Below, one piece after another: positions 37,916 to 50,100 of a stretch of 64,000 nt of DNA. Location: assembly GCF_036321535.1 (NCBI RefSeq), contig NC_087437.1, positions 12,898,001-12,962,000 on the forward strand, read 5' to 3'. How positions within the stretch are numbered: position 1 is the stretch's first letter; every line of letters starts with the position of its first letter. The position numbers were made by a program, and so were the translations under genes. The DNA is from Camelus dromedarius (taxonomy: Eukaryota). The notes under the pieces were generated by a model. That model was not told the DNA's origin and searched no databases. It saw only the letters and a list, made by a program, of their open reading frames with translations.

Positions 37916-39169
37916 TCAATGTTTGATTACAGCAGGAAACATTATGTTTAAATGTTTCATTTTAAATGTTTGATTACAATCAAATGTTTGATTATGTTAG
38001 AAAAAATTCTTAATACAATACCAGGAGAAAACAGATACAAAATTTTATAAGTCATGTAAAATGTACTTGGAAAATACTAATAATGTTAGCATTGTTGTTT
38101 CTAGGTGATAAGATTATTATTTATTTTTTCTTCTTCATACTTCATGTCTATTTTCCCAACTTTTGTATAGAGCTCAGAAAATGCTGATATAATTGGAAAG
38201 AGAAAAGTAAAAGCAGTAAGAATAAAATGGTCCTTCATAAACAAGCCCTTAGCTCAGATGTCAGCAAGTGCAGCTTAATGGAGCTGAAAGGAAGCTTGGG
38301 GAACAATGTTCTGAGTCCTTCCTTTTACTAGTGAGAATGTGAGGCCAGAAAACATTTAATGGTTTGCTGGAAGTCACAGTGAGTGAGTGAAAGAACCAGG
38401 AGGAGAACTCAGATCTGTCCGTACGTTCTTCCTACTAAATTATGCGCCTTTTCAAGTAGTGCAAATTTTATGCAAAATTTATGTCATTTAATGTAAATAC
38501 CCAATTCCAAGCAAGATATTGGAGCTTCTTCATTCATCCCTAACTTCAGGAAATGTTTAGTTACAATTCAGAAATGTCTTTCAGAAGAGTACTAATTTAT
38601 AGAGAACAGTGACAAACAAATAGCATTATCTGCTCTTAAAAGTGGTTGTAAATACCCGAGGCATGTTGGTTTGAAGATTTCTGTATGCTCTCCTCCACAC
38701 AAATTTTACATTTTCCCATGTTCTCCTGGACACCTTGATCTATGTATGAGGCTAGAAGTCAACAAAATGAGCCCTGATAGCTTTTAGGATCCAATCCAAT
38801 TCCAGGCAGAAGGACTTTGTTGTCTGAAGAGGCTCCCTGGTTTTCTGCAGTGGTTCCCGAGTGCCAGTCCTCGTATGTTCAGTGCTGAGCCGAAGTTTTC
38901 ACCATCTGATTGAAACTTACCTGTCTGAGGCAATGTAATAAAAGTAAGGATATATAGCGTGCTATTTATAAAGATATGTTTATTCACTCTTTGGTTTAAG
39001 ATGTTCTTTAATGAAACAATGGTGACAGGGGTGTGCGTGTGTGTTTGTGTGTGCACATGTTTAATGCCTTCCACTTAGAAAAATAAAAGGTTGACAATCT
39101 TATATTGACCCTCAAAATGTTTTTGAAAATTTACTGATCTGTGGAATTTCAAAGTCTCATACCTACTGA

Positions 39170-39360
39170 CTTAGTATTAGACACAAGAGACTGGAATTAG
39201 AAGAATCAGAGTTCAAATCCTGGTGCTGCCACATATTTTGAGAAACTTCTGACTTTCTCTGAATCTTCCTTTCTTCAGCTGTAAAGTAGAGAAGGTAATA
39301 TTTCTCTCAGGAAGATTCACTATGCCCATAAAACATCCAGAGAAGCGGCCTGCACATAGT
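39170..39360 (+). mobile_element. MIR remnant
   Basis: 'gagttcaaatcctggtgctgccac...tctctgaatct...cagctgtaaagtagag'. Confidence 0.6.
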
Positions 39361-40739
39361 TTCCTCCGGGTGTGCCTGCTGAGGGCATGATGGAAGACAG
39401 TCATGGCCTGGACATCGATTGTGTGAGGTAACTTATGCATCAGGAAGCTGGCTGAGTGTTGGTTCTGCGTCCCTTTTTTATGACTTAGCACCATTTAGTC
39501 ATTAAAAATTTTCCATTACTCAGAGCTCTATAGAGGAAAAGAATGTTTTTTTTATCATTTCTATAATTTTTATCACTATAATCACATATTAAAAAAAAGA
39601 CCAGGTCTTACAACTTTCACTGTGGGTTTCTAGTAGCAATTTTCTAATAGTCGATGCTCTGAGAACTTTAGGTTTACTCCCCCAGGATTGTTGTCTAAGT
39701 CATGATCATATTTGACTCTGTCATAGCTTGACTTGGTGGCAGATGTGCCTGGAGCACACAAAGGGAGATGCATGTCCTACTTAATAGAAGCACACAGAGC
39801 AGAAGCTGGTGACAGTGCCTGTGTGTCTGTGGAGTGATGGACAATTGGAGAACACTCACCAGTGTTCCCATTTCATGGACGTTACTCATGGTGTCCTACT
39901 TTCCTTGTCTCTGACACCGCCTTTGTTCTCTCTCCCTACTCAGCACTCTGTCCAGCCTCCATCACCTTCTTTAATGGTTCACCCCTGGGGTGTCTTGCTG
40001 TCTTGGTTCCATGCCATTCTCTCATCCTGTAGGCCTTTGAAATAACCTTCTTCAGTCTTCGCTAACCTTTCATTTCTAACAAAGAAACTCTGAAACCTCA
40101 TTTACTCAAGAACTCATCCCTGACAGACCACATGTCAAGTTAGGATGATTTTGTTTTTCATTTTTGCTTAATGTAAGAAATTTAGACCCAAGCCCTTCAA
40201 TTAGGAGCAAATCTTTATTTTACTGCCGTCCAGAGACACCCGTGTTTTTGGAGGTTGTTGTGGATGATGCAGTTATGATTTTTTAAACATAACTTATCCC
40301 TTATTTTTCCTTATTTTTCCCCTTGGGAGGAATTTGTGTGGGAATCATCATGTGTTAATTTGATACGTTACATATAACACCGAGACACGCTTAATTAACG
40401 ACTCCCTTCTGTGATGGTGGGAGTGGGCTATCTCTTCATTGAAGCTAGAATTTGTTCAACCAAGTATTTATAAGCACCTACAGTATGTTGGTATGGTGGA
40501 AAGAGTTGAATTCAGCAGCTTGCAATGTCAACCAACAAGTAAGACAGGTAAGGACAGATTCTGTTTTCAAAAAGTAATAGTTAAACGTAAAGGAGGGATT
40601 TTTTTTTTTTCATTCATTGGGACACAAATCCCACATAGTTTGTAATACTAGTCAGCTGATTGTCTGAGTGGTAGGCAGCTGATGAAGAACAAATAATTCC
40701 CAGGTGGGGAAGAGCCAATTTTTAACATGGCCTGAGTGT

Positions 40740-42030
40740 AGGTTTAGTAGCTAAAGTCACGCGATCAGAGAGTGCTGACCAATGAGAAACGCGTGTTTTG
40801 GGGCGTATGTTTGTGGGTCATCTGGGAAGAAAGTGTGCAAGAAAAGACTGAGGAATCAATTAACTTATTAAGCACCTACTATGCATGAGGCATTTGGCTG
40901 CACTGCGAGTAGGTAAAGATGTGTCAAATAAGCTCCATTTCTTGGACAGGTGGGTGTTTACAGGTAGAAAGAGATGTGTAAACAGGTAGCCGAAGAATGA
41001 GGACCCCTGTGGTAGACGTCTTTGTTCACACCGCATTCTTGTCTAAAAGCTTCATGCCGTGTTCTGAAAAGGTCTGATTGAAAAGAATCTTTCCTGACAT
41101 TTGTTTTTTTCCTTAGGGCTTTGAGATTCCTTAAACCTGATACTTTGGGCATATTTGTGGTTTTATGGTTTGATTTTTTTTTTTTTACAAGCCTGATAAA
41201 TCGTGTCTTTTTCCACTGACATACGTCTAAAACTGTGTCCCTAGGGACAGCATGAAACTTAGCACTTCCTGGGGTCCAATGGCACGTTCCGAAGGAGCCA
41301 GAGGACGGATCCCAGGACACCAGCTGGCATCGCAAAAAATTTTCTTCTCTGCCAGGTGGTCTAGTGCTTCTACACTGTAGGTGTCACCAATTCCAGATGC
41401 CCCGCTGAAGGGAGCAGGACTGCACTCTGCGTCTGAGTGGGTGGGCAATTTGTTCAATCCCAGGGGCCTTTGGACTGTGAGCTGCAGGCTGAGAGAGGCA
41501 GTTATCTGAAATGAAGGTGGTTGGCATAGACGGGCTGAGGTCCCAGCAGGGAGGGGAGAGAAAGAGGAGAAAGCCTTCCAAGAAGCAGCTGAAAATTGAC
41601 CTAGTTATTTTGAAGGCACTCTCTGCTGCCTCCCCCTTCAGGCCGCGTCCAGACTCCCTGACATGAGATCGAAGCACTCACTGCGAAGGGCTTAAAGTCT
41701 GGAGATTTTTCAAATATTTTCTTTCTTTCTTTCCTTCCCATTTTTTTTTTTTTTTAAAGTAAGGATGCTCTGCTTAATCAAGGAGTACCCGTCCTCAAGC
41801 AGCTGAAAACAGCGATGGTGGTGAGGTTTCCTTGCGTGGAGGCAGGGAGTGCGGAGCGGAGTGGACCCGCAGAGGGTGGGCGGCAAGGCCATCTGGCTCC
41901 TGTGCCCCTCTCCCCCATGGAGAGCCTATGGGGACATATGGGAAAGAGCGTGGGAGAGCGCGGGGGCAGAAGACACGGAGGCAGGTGCAGCCCTGCTCTT
42001 CTATTTTCTTGGGCTCTGCCAATAGCACAG
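40740..42030. promoter_or_regulatory. Candidate weak-CpG promoter/enhancer
   Basis: Locally retained CpGs; TGACCAATGA (CCAAT 40779-40783); RORE TAACTAGGTCA on minus strand at 41597-41607; GGGTGGGCGG 41874-41883; CCAAT 42019-42023. Confidence 0.4.
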
Positions 42031-42136
42031 TCGCTCTCCCCTTTGGTGATGAGAACTGGTTTTTTTTTTCCCCCCAAACTCTCTATCTCCATATTTCTTT
42101 TGGGCCATTTCTTGGGCTTGTAGGTCAAACTGTAGT

Positions 42137-42378
42137 GCAAGATTTATCACCAGGGGCACTATGGACATTTTGAGCTAGAAACTTCTTTATTTGTGTGCGG
42201 TAGGGGAGCTATCACGTGCACTTTATAAGAGTTTAGCAGCATCTCTGTCCTCTGCCCATTAGATGAGCAGCCCCTGTTCCCTAGTCCCCACCAAGCCTCT
42301 GATTTGTGACAATCAAAAATTGTCAGGAATTAACATATGTCTCCAAGGGGGCAAAGCCCCCTCTTTTGAGAACCACTG
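42137..42378 (-). mobile_element. MER20-like hAT-Charlie MITE
   Basis: 'ggcactatggacattttg...tttagcagcatctctg...ttgtgacaatcaaaaa...gggggcaaa...ttgagaaccactg'. Confidence 0.85.
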
Positions 42379-42949
42379 CTAGAGAAACAGCACATCCTTC
42401 CCAAATACTCGAAACACAGAACTCTACCCGCTTAATATGGGGCAGAAAACCCTCCACATCCTTTCTTTAGACCCTTAGTGTCATCTACAAGCAGAAACGC
42501 TCAGAATACAGAAATGCTCTAAAGACGCTTTATTATTTAGTATTGTTACTAAGGTCTCAATAAGAAATATACACACATAACTTGGAGGTGACATTCTTAA
42601 TAGCTTATTGATTCTGAATAATTTACCAGGTGATTTATTTTGATTCATCTGTAGAACGTATGAAAGTAAATTAAGGGAAACAAGACAAGAGTCAGGTTGG
42701 TGCTGGACCATGAAGGGTCCTGGCTACTAGGCTCGGAGGACTGTGTTCTCTAGACAATGGGAGGCATATTGAAGGATTCCTTACTTCCTTGTTTGGCTAC
42801 CATTGCCCAGCACAAACTTTTACCCTGGCCAAATAGGTCCGCTGAAAGATCTCTAACTAGGCTGAGTGTATGTCTGCATAAACACAGGTTTAATAACACT
42901 TGGCTCGCTGCCCCATCTCTTGATCCTTTTGCCACAGTGGTTGTTTCCA

Positions 42950-43378
42950 AGCCCTGTTCAGATGTAGCAAAGAAGTTCAATTCAAAAAGATGGCCCTTTG
43001 AGAGGGTAGAACCAAGATCCATGGAGAACAGCGGACAGGTGAGCTACTCAGAGGATACGGAATCAGAACTGGATGAAGGCGTATTCCCCACCCTAGGGTC
43101 TTGGCCCCTTACATCTTCCCAGCTGGATTTCAGGATTGCAATGAAATGGAGACTGCTGTGTGCTCCTATCTTTCCTCTTTCTAAAATAAAAAAAGAGTTT
43201 ATTTCTGAATGAAACGTTTATTGTAATTGTCTTGCGCTTGTTCAGTTGCTGTATGTTGGATGTGTGGAGGGGCCAAGTTTGTCCTTCTAGTTCCTAGGGC
43301 TCTGGATCAAGAAGTACCTCATCTGGATGGTACAGAAAGGCTCCCTGCAAAGCTAGAGATTCTGGACTTGGAGCTCGA
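42950..43378 (+). mobile_element. MaLR internal (MLT1-int-like) 3' fragment
   Basis: 'gctggatttcaggattgc...gactgctgtgtg...tgtatgttggatgtgtggagggg...ctagttc...gatcaagaag'. Confidence 0.6.
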
Positions 43379-43382
43379 GACC

Positions 43383-43545
43383 TTCCTTTCTCCCCTCTCT
43401 CTTTTCCTCCTTCCCTTTCTTCCCTCCCCCTTTCCTTCCTTCCTTCCTTCCTTCACTCCTTCCTTCCTTCCCCTCCCTCTTTCTTCACCCCTCGCTCTCT
43501 CATTCTTTCCATTTTTTCATTTCTCCTTTTCTCTAACTTTTACTT
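43383..43545. repeat. CT-rich low-complexity / (CCTT)n
   Basis: Read directly. Confidence 0.9.
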
Positions 43546-44089
43546 TTTTGTTTCTAGTCTTGTTGATATGATTCTGATGGCGATTTGTCTACCTCCTATT
43601 TAGGGTGTGCAACCCTGACCAGAGTTTCTCTTACTCAGATGTAGCACTAACGAATTCTTCTTGACATTTACAAAAAGCTACACATTTACTTACTTATTTT
43701 TCCTGAACTAGAGTTTTGGAGTTTGGAACTGTGTCTCCACCACATTACTATGGCTTTTCTATGGGAGATGGAAGAACCATTTATGGGGAAAAACAGATTC
43801 TGGTCTCCTGGTAATTTTATTAAACATCCACGCACCCCTTGGGGATGTCTATTCAGATCCTTCTCCAAATTCAGCGTCCACCTGTTTCCACCCTTGAATT
43901 TCATGCCATTAAAGTGTGACTCGTTCTTTTTTGATTTCTCCTGGTGAATTTTTTGGAGGAGACTGGGTTCTTTTGTTTGTTGTTAAATTTGTTGGTACTA
44001 GAGATGGGAGTCTCTGTGATATAGCTTCATTTCATCACCTCTGCTGAAAAAGCCACCTCTGAAAATGGCCTCATTTGTTATTTTAAGCG

Positions 44090-44808
44090 GACTTTGTAAT
44101 TGAAGTGTAACATATTTCTAGGAAAGGGCATCAGTTATGTGTACAGCTTGATGAGTTTTCAGAACATGAACACACTCAATCTGCCAAGAAACAGAACATC
44201 GGTGAGCTCTCGAAGCCCATCTCATGCCCCGCTCATCACCACCCATTCCAAGTGAACCAATTTATAACACCCCAGATTACTTCAGCCTGCTTTTGAGCTT
44301 TATAGGAATGGAAACAGACTGTGTATTTGCTTTGATTTCTGGATTTCCCCTCAGCACAAAGTCGTGAAACCTGTCCATGTTGTATGTAGTGGTAGTTAGC
44401 TCACTGGAATACGCCACATTTTCTGGATTCATTTCACTGTTTATGGGCATTTGTGTACTCTGCAGCTTTCGCCTACTTTGAATTGTGCTGCTATGAACAT
44501 TTTTGTACATATCGTTGGGTGAGTATATGCACAGATGTATTTGGGGAATAACATTTCCGGGTGATGGAGCACTTGCAGGGTCAATGTTAGTGAATACTTC
44601 TGGCTTCCCAAAGTGGTTCTCCCAATGTAGCTCCCACCAGCAGTGGATGAGAGTCCAGACTGTCCCATGTTCTTGTCAACGTTTGGTATGTTTTGGCTTT
44701 TTCACCTTAGCCATTATGATGGTTATGTCGTGATATGTCATTGTGGTACTCCCTGTTGACTGATGAAGCTGACCATATTTGTGTCCCCTTTGGTGAAGTG
44801 TCTCTTTC
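44090..44808 (-). mobile_element. Ancient L1M 3' end
   Basis: 'attgaagtgtaacata...gtgtacagcttgatgagtttt...ctgctatgaacatttttgtaca...cccaccagcagtggatgagagt'. Confidence 0.8.
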
Positions 44809-44809
44809 A

Positions 44810-46484
44810 TCTTTTTTTCATGTTTATTGAGGTGTAACTGACAAATAACATTGTTAAGATATTTAAAGAATACAACATGGCGATTTGATAGGTGTATACA
44901 TCGTGAAAAGAGCCCCATTATTGAGTTAATTAACACATCCATCACCTCACATACTTACTTTTTTTTTCCTTTGAGGCGAACACAAGTTCCATTCCGAGCA
45001 CATTTATAGAATTCAGTGTTATCTGCTATGGTCACTGTCCTGTATATTAGATCTTCAGAAATTATCCATCTTACAACTGAAAGTTTGCTCCATTTTACCA
45101 ACTTCTCCCAGTTTCTCCCACTCCCCAGCCCATGGCAATCACCATTTTGTTTCCTGTTCCTATGAATTCAATTCTATTTTTTTTTAGATTCCACATATAA
45201 GTAAGATCATGTAGTTTTTGCCTGTCTCTGTCTGGCTTTTTCCACTTGGCATAATACCGTCTAGGTTCATCCATATCATAAATGGCACTATTTCCTTCAT
45301 TTTTAAGGCTGAATAATATTCCACACATATATTTTCTATCAACTATAGATTATCAGTACAGATACATCACATTTTCTATCCATTATTATTCCATTATATT
45401 TAATATTCCATATTATGTAAATAGTATACAATCATATATGTATATACACACACATACATACCACATTTTCTTTATTCAGTCATCCATCAGCAGACACTTA
45501 GATTCTTTCCCTGCCTTGGCTATTGTGAATAATGCTGCTATGAACATAGGAGTGTGGATATTTTTTCAAGATAATGATTTTACTTCCTTTGGATATATGC
45601 TTAGAGGTGAGATCGCTGGAACATATAGTAGTTCTAGTTTTAATCTTTTTGAAAAAACTCCATATCATTTTCCATGGTGCCTGCACCAATTTACATCCCC
45701 ACCAACAGTGCACCAGGATTCCTTTTTTCCACATTCTCACAAAAACTTGTTATTTCTTGTCTTTTTGATAATAGCCTTTCTAACAGGTATGTGGTGAATA
45801 TCACTGTGGTTTTGATTTGCATTTCCCTGATGGTAAAGATGTTGAGCATCTTTTCATGGACCTGTTGGCCATTTGTATGTCTTCTTTGGAAAAATGTTTA
45901 TTCTGGTCTTTTGCCCATTTTTTAATTGAGTTATTTGTTTTTTGCTATTGAGTTATATGAGTTCCTTGTATTTTTTTGGATATTAACCCCTTACTGGATA
46001 TGTGGTTTGCAAATATTTTCTCCCTTTCCACAGACTATGTTTTTATTTTGCTGATGTTTCCTTTTGCTTTGCAGAAGCTTTTTAGTTTGAGGTAGTCCTA
46101 CTTGTTTAGTTTTGCTTTTGTTATTTCACTTTTAGTCAAATCCAAAAAATAAATATTGCCAAGTCCAACGTCAAGGACTCTTTTTCCTATGTTTTCTTCA
46201 AGGGGATTTGTGGTTTCAGGTCTTATACTTAAGCCTTTAAAGCATCTTGACTTGATTTTTGTGTATGGTGTAAGATAGAGGTCCAGTTTTATTCTTTTGC
46301 ATTGGAAATCCAGGTTTCCCAATATCGTTTATTGAAAAGACTATTCTTTTCCCATTGTGTATTCTTGGCTCCTTTATAAAAATTTATTAATCACATATGC
46401 ATTGGTTTATTTCTGGGCTTTTGTCTCTGTTCCACTGATCTATATGTCTGTTCTTATGCCAATTTCATACTGTTTTGATTACTA
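44810..46484 (-). mobile_element. L1MA-like element (3'UTR + ORF2 end), interrupted by Tigger1
   Basis: 'tttattgaggtgtaactgacaaat...ttaattaacacatccatcacctcacata'; ORF 46098-46322 KLDLYLTPYTKIKS...LEENIGK. Confidence 0.9.
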
Positions 46485-47225
46485 AAGGCATACTTTAGAG
46501 ATATTGTGGGCTCGGTTCCACACCACTGCCATAAAGCGAGTGTCCCAAAATCGTGAGTCACACAAGTTTTTTGGTTTGCTAGTGCGTGTTAAAGTTGTGT
46601 TTACACTATACTGCTGTCCATTAAATGTGCAATAGCATTTTGTATAAAATACAATGTACATACCTTAGTTAAAAAGTCCTTTATTGCTAAAAATGCTAAC
46701 CATCACCTAAGCCTTCAATGAGTCTTAATCTTTTTTTCTGGTTGAAGGTCTTGCCTTGAAGTTGATGGCTGCTGACTGATCAGGGTGCTGGTTGCTGAAG
46801 GTTGGGGTAGCTATGACAATTTCTTAAGATCAGAGAACAATGAGTTTTGCAGCATTGATTCACTCTTCCTTTCAAGAATGATTTCTCTGTAGCATGCAAC
46901 ACTGTTTGATAACATTTTACTCACTTGCAGTAGAATTTATTTCAACATTGGAGTCAATCCTCTCAAATCCTGTTGATGCTTTATCAACTAAGTCTATGTA
47001 ATATTCTAAATTGTTTATTGTTATTTCAACACCTTCACAACATCTTCACCAGAAGTAGATTCCATCTCAATAAACCACTTTTTTGCTCATCTGCAAGCAG
47101 CAGCTCCTCATGTGTTAATATTTTCTAATGGGATTGCAGCAACTCAGTCACATCTTCAAGCTCCATTTCTAATTCTAATTCACTATTTCTACCACATCTG
47201 CCATTCCTTCATCCACTGAAGTTTT

Positions 47226-47363
47226 AAAAATTTATTATTATTATTTTTCGTAGGGGGAGGTAATTAGGTTTGTTTGTTTATTTAGAGGAGGTACTGGGGA
47301 TTGAACCCAGGACCTCATGCATGCTAAGCATGTGCTCCACCACTTAAGCTATACATTCCCCTC
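47226..47363 (-). mobile_element. tRNA-Ala-derived SINE (Vic-1-like)
   Basis: 'gggggaggtaattaggtttgttt...gaggtactggggattgaacccaggacctcatgcatgctaagcatg'; TSD CATCCACT(G/A)AAGTTTT at 47210-47225 and 47364-47379. Confidence 0.92.
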
Positions 47364-47396
47364 CATCCACTAAAGTTTTTTTTAAAATTTTTAGAA

Positions 47397-49047
47397 ATCA
47401 ATCCCTATCAAATTACCCAGGACATATTTCACAGAACTAGAACAAATCATAATAACATTTATCTGGAACCATCAAAGACCTAGAATTGTCAAAGCATTAC
47501 TGAAGAGAAAGAAAGAAGCTGGAGGAATAACTCTCCCAGACTTCAGACAATACTATAGAGCTACAGTCATCAAGACAGCATAGTATTGGTACCAAAACAG
47601 ACATATAGACCAATGGAACAGAATAGAGAGCCCAGAAATGAACCCACAAACTTTTGGTCAACTCATCTTCGACAAAGGAGGCAAGAATATACAATGGAAT
47701 AAAGACAGTCTCTTCAGCAAACGGTGCTGGGAAAACTGGACAGCAGCATGTAAAACAATGAAGCTAGAACACTCCCTTACACCATACACAAAAATAAACT
47801 CAAAATGGATCAAAGACTTAAACATAAGACAAGATACAATAAACCTCCTAGAAGAAAATATAGGCAAAACATTATCTGACATACATCTCAACAATTTTCT
47901 CCTAGAAGAAATAAAAGCAAGAATAAACAAATGGGACCTAATGAAACTTACAAGCTTCTGCACAGCAAAGGAAACCAGAAGTAAAACAAGAAGAAAACCT
48001 ACAGAATGGGAGAAAATTTTTGCAAATGAAACTGACAAAGGCTTGACTTCCAGAATATATAAGCAGCTCATATGACTTAATAAGAAAAAAATAAACAACC
48101 CAATCCAAAAATGGGCAGGAGACATAAACAAGCAATTCTCCAAGGAAGAAATACAAATGATCAAAAGGCACATGAAAAAATGCTCAATATCACTAATTAT
48201 CAGAGAAATGCAAATCAAAACTACAATGAGGTATCACCGCACACCAGTCAGAATGGCCGTCATTCAAAAATCCACAAATGACACATGCTGGAGAGGCTGT
48301 GGAGAAAGGGGAACCCTCCTACACTGCTGGTGGGAATGCAGGTTGGTGCAGCCACTGTGGAAAACAGTATGGAGATTCCTCAAAAGACTAGGAATAGACT
48401 TACCATATGACCCAGGAATCCCACTCCTGGGCTTATATCCAGAAGGAACCCTACTTCAGGATGACACCTGCACCCCAATGTTCATAGTAGCACTATTTAC
48501 AATAGCCAAAACATGGAAACAGCCTAAATGTCCATCAACAGGTGACTGGATAAAGAAGTGGTGGTATATTTATACAATGGAATACTACTCAGCCATAAAA
48601 ACTGACACCATAATGCCATTTGCAGCAACATGGATGCTCCTGGAGAATGTCATTCTAAGTGAAGTAAGCCAGAAAGAGAAAGAAAAATACCATATGAGAT
48701 CGATCATGTGTGGAATCTAAAAAACAAAAACAAAAACAACAACAACAACAAAAACAAAGTGTAAATACAAAACAGAAATAGACTCATAGACATACAATAC
48801 AAACTTGTGGTTGCCAAGGGGGTGGAGGGTGGGAAGGGATAGACGGGATTTTAAAATTGTAGAATAGATAAACAAGATTATACTGTATAGCACAGGGAAA
48901 TATACACAAGATCTTATGGTAGCACAGAGAAAAAAATGTGACAATGAATATATATATGTTCATGTATAACTGAAAAATTGTGCCGAACACTGGAATTTGA
49001 CACAACATTGTAAAATGATTATAAATCAATAAAAAATGTTTAAAAAC
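47397..49047 (+). mobile_element. Young 5'-truncated LINE-1; ORF2 C-terminal about 440 codons + 3'UTR
   Basis: One reading frame [15 protein letters not shown]...[18 protein letters not shown]...MEYYSAIK...CGI* ending at 48720, with two premature stops (47581-47583, 48073-48075); AATAAA near 49028. Confidence 0.97.
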
Positions 49048-49089
49048 ATTTTATCAATTAGTACCATTTAAACTGGAAAAAAAAACTTT

Positions 49090-50011
49090 ATTTACCTATC
49101 TTTTTATTTATTTGTTTTTCTTTTTAGTTTTTTTTTATTGAAGTATAGTCAGTTTACAATGTGTCAATTTCTGGTGTACAGCACAAGGTTTCAGTCATAC
49201 ATGAACATACATATATTTACATACACATACATATACTCCTTTTCATATTCTTTTTCATTATAGGTTACTATAAGATATTGAGTATAGTTCTCTGTGGTAT
49301 ACAGTAGAAACTTGTTGTTTATCTGTTTTATATATAGTAGTTAGTATCTGCAAATCTCAAACTCTCAATTTATCCCTTCCCACTCCTCTCCCCACCAATA
49401 ACCATAAGTTTGTTCTCTATGTCTGTGAGTCTGTTTCTGTTTTGTAAATAAGTTCATTTGTGTCTTTTTTTTTCAGATTCCACATATAAGTGATACCATA
49501 TGGTATTTTTATTTCTCTTAGTGGCTTACTTCTCTTAGAATGATGATCTACAGGTCCACCCATGTTGCTGCAAATTGCATTGTTTTATTCTTTTTTTCTG
49601 GCTGAGTAGTATTCCATTATATAAATATACCACAACTTCTTTATCCAGTCATTTGTTGATGGACATTCAGGTTGCTTCCATGTCTTGGCTATTGTATATA
49701 GTGTTGCTGTGAATGCTGAGGTGCATGTGTCTTTTTGAATTATGATTTTCTCTGGATATATGCCTAGGAGTGGGATTGCTGGATCATATGGTAAGTCTAT
49801 TTTTAGTTTTTTGAGAAATCTCCATATTGTTTTCCATAATGGCTGCACCAAACTACATTCCTACCAGCAGTGTAGGAGGGTTCCCTTTTCTCTACACCCT
49901 CTCCAGCATTTATCATTTGTGGACTTTTTAATCATGGCCATTCTGACTGGTGTGAGATGATACCTCATTGTAGCTTTGATTTGAATTTCTCTAATAATTA
50001 GTGCTATTGAG
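49090..50011 (-). mobile_element. LINE-1 3' portion inserted in Tigger1
   Basis: ORF 49585-49851 [14 protein letters not shown]...MEYYSA; followed by TSD copy TCCACTGAAGTTTT at 50012-50025. Confidence 0.95.
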
Positions 50012-50100
50012 TCCACTGAAGTTTTGAACTACTCAGTCATCCACCTGGGTGGGAATCTACTTATTGAGGAATTATTATGTGCTGGGCATCTTTAAGACTC

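Larger units (their letters stand above)
46485..50063 (-). mobile_element. Tigger1 (TcMar) 3' fragment, split by SINE and L1 insertions
   Basis: TA followed by TIR-like 'aaggcatactttagagatattgtggg'; minus strand at about 46930-47050 reads as a decayed Tigger1 transposase C-terminus (LEYYIDLVDKA..GFERIDSN); Tigger sequence occupies 46485-47225 and resumes at 50012-50063. Confidence 0.9.

Noticed and set aside
41778..42173. Overlapping 100-120-aa ORFs
   Set aside because: Expected by chance in GC-rich DNA; no codon or domain signature
42757..43212. 151-aa ORF as a novel gene
   Set aside because: Overlaps MaLR internal-like sequence; no recognisable domain
47658..48218. 186-aa hydrophobic minus-strand ORF (and similar at 37060-37380 and 45282-45797)
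   Set aside because: Antisense reading of L1, a common artefact
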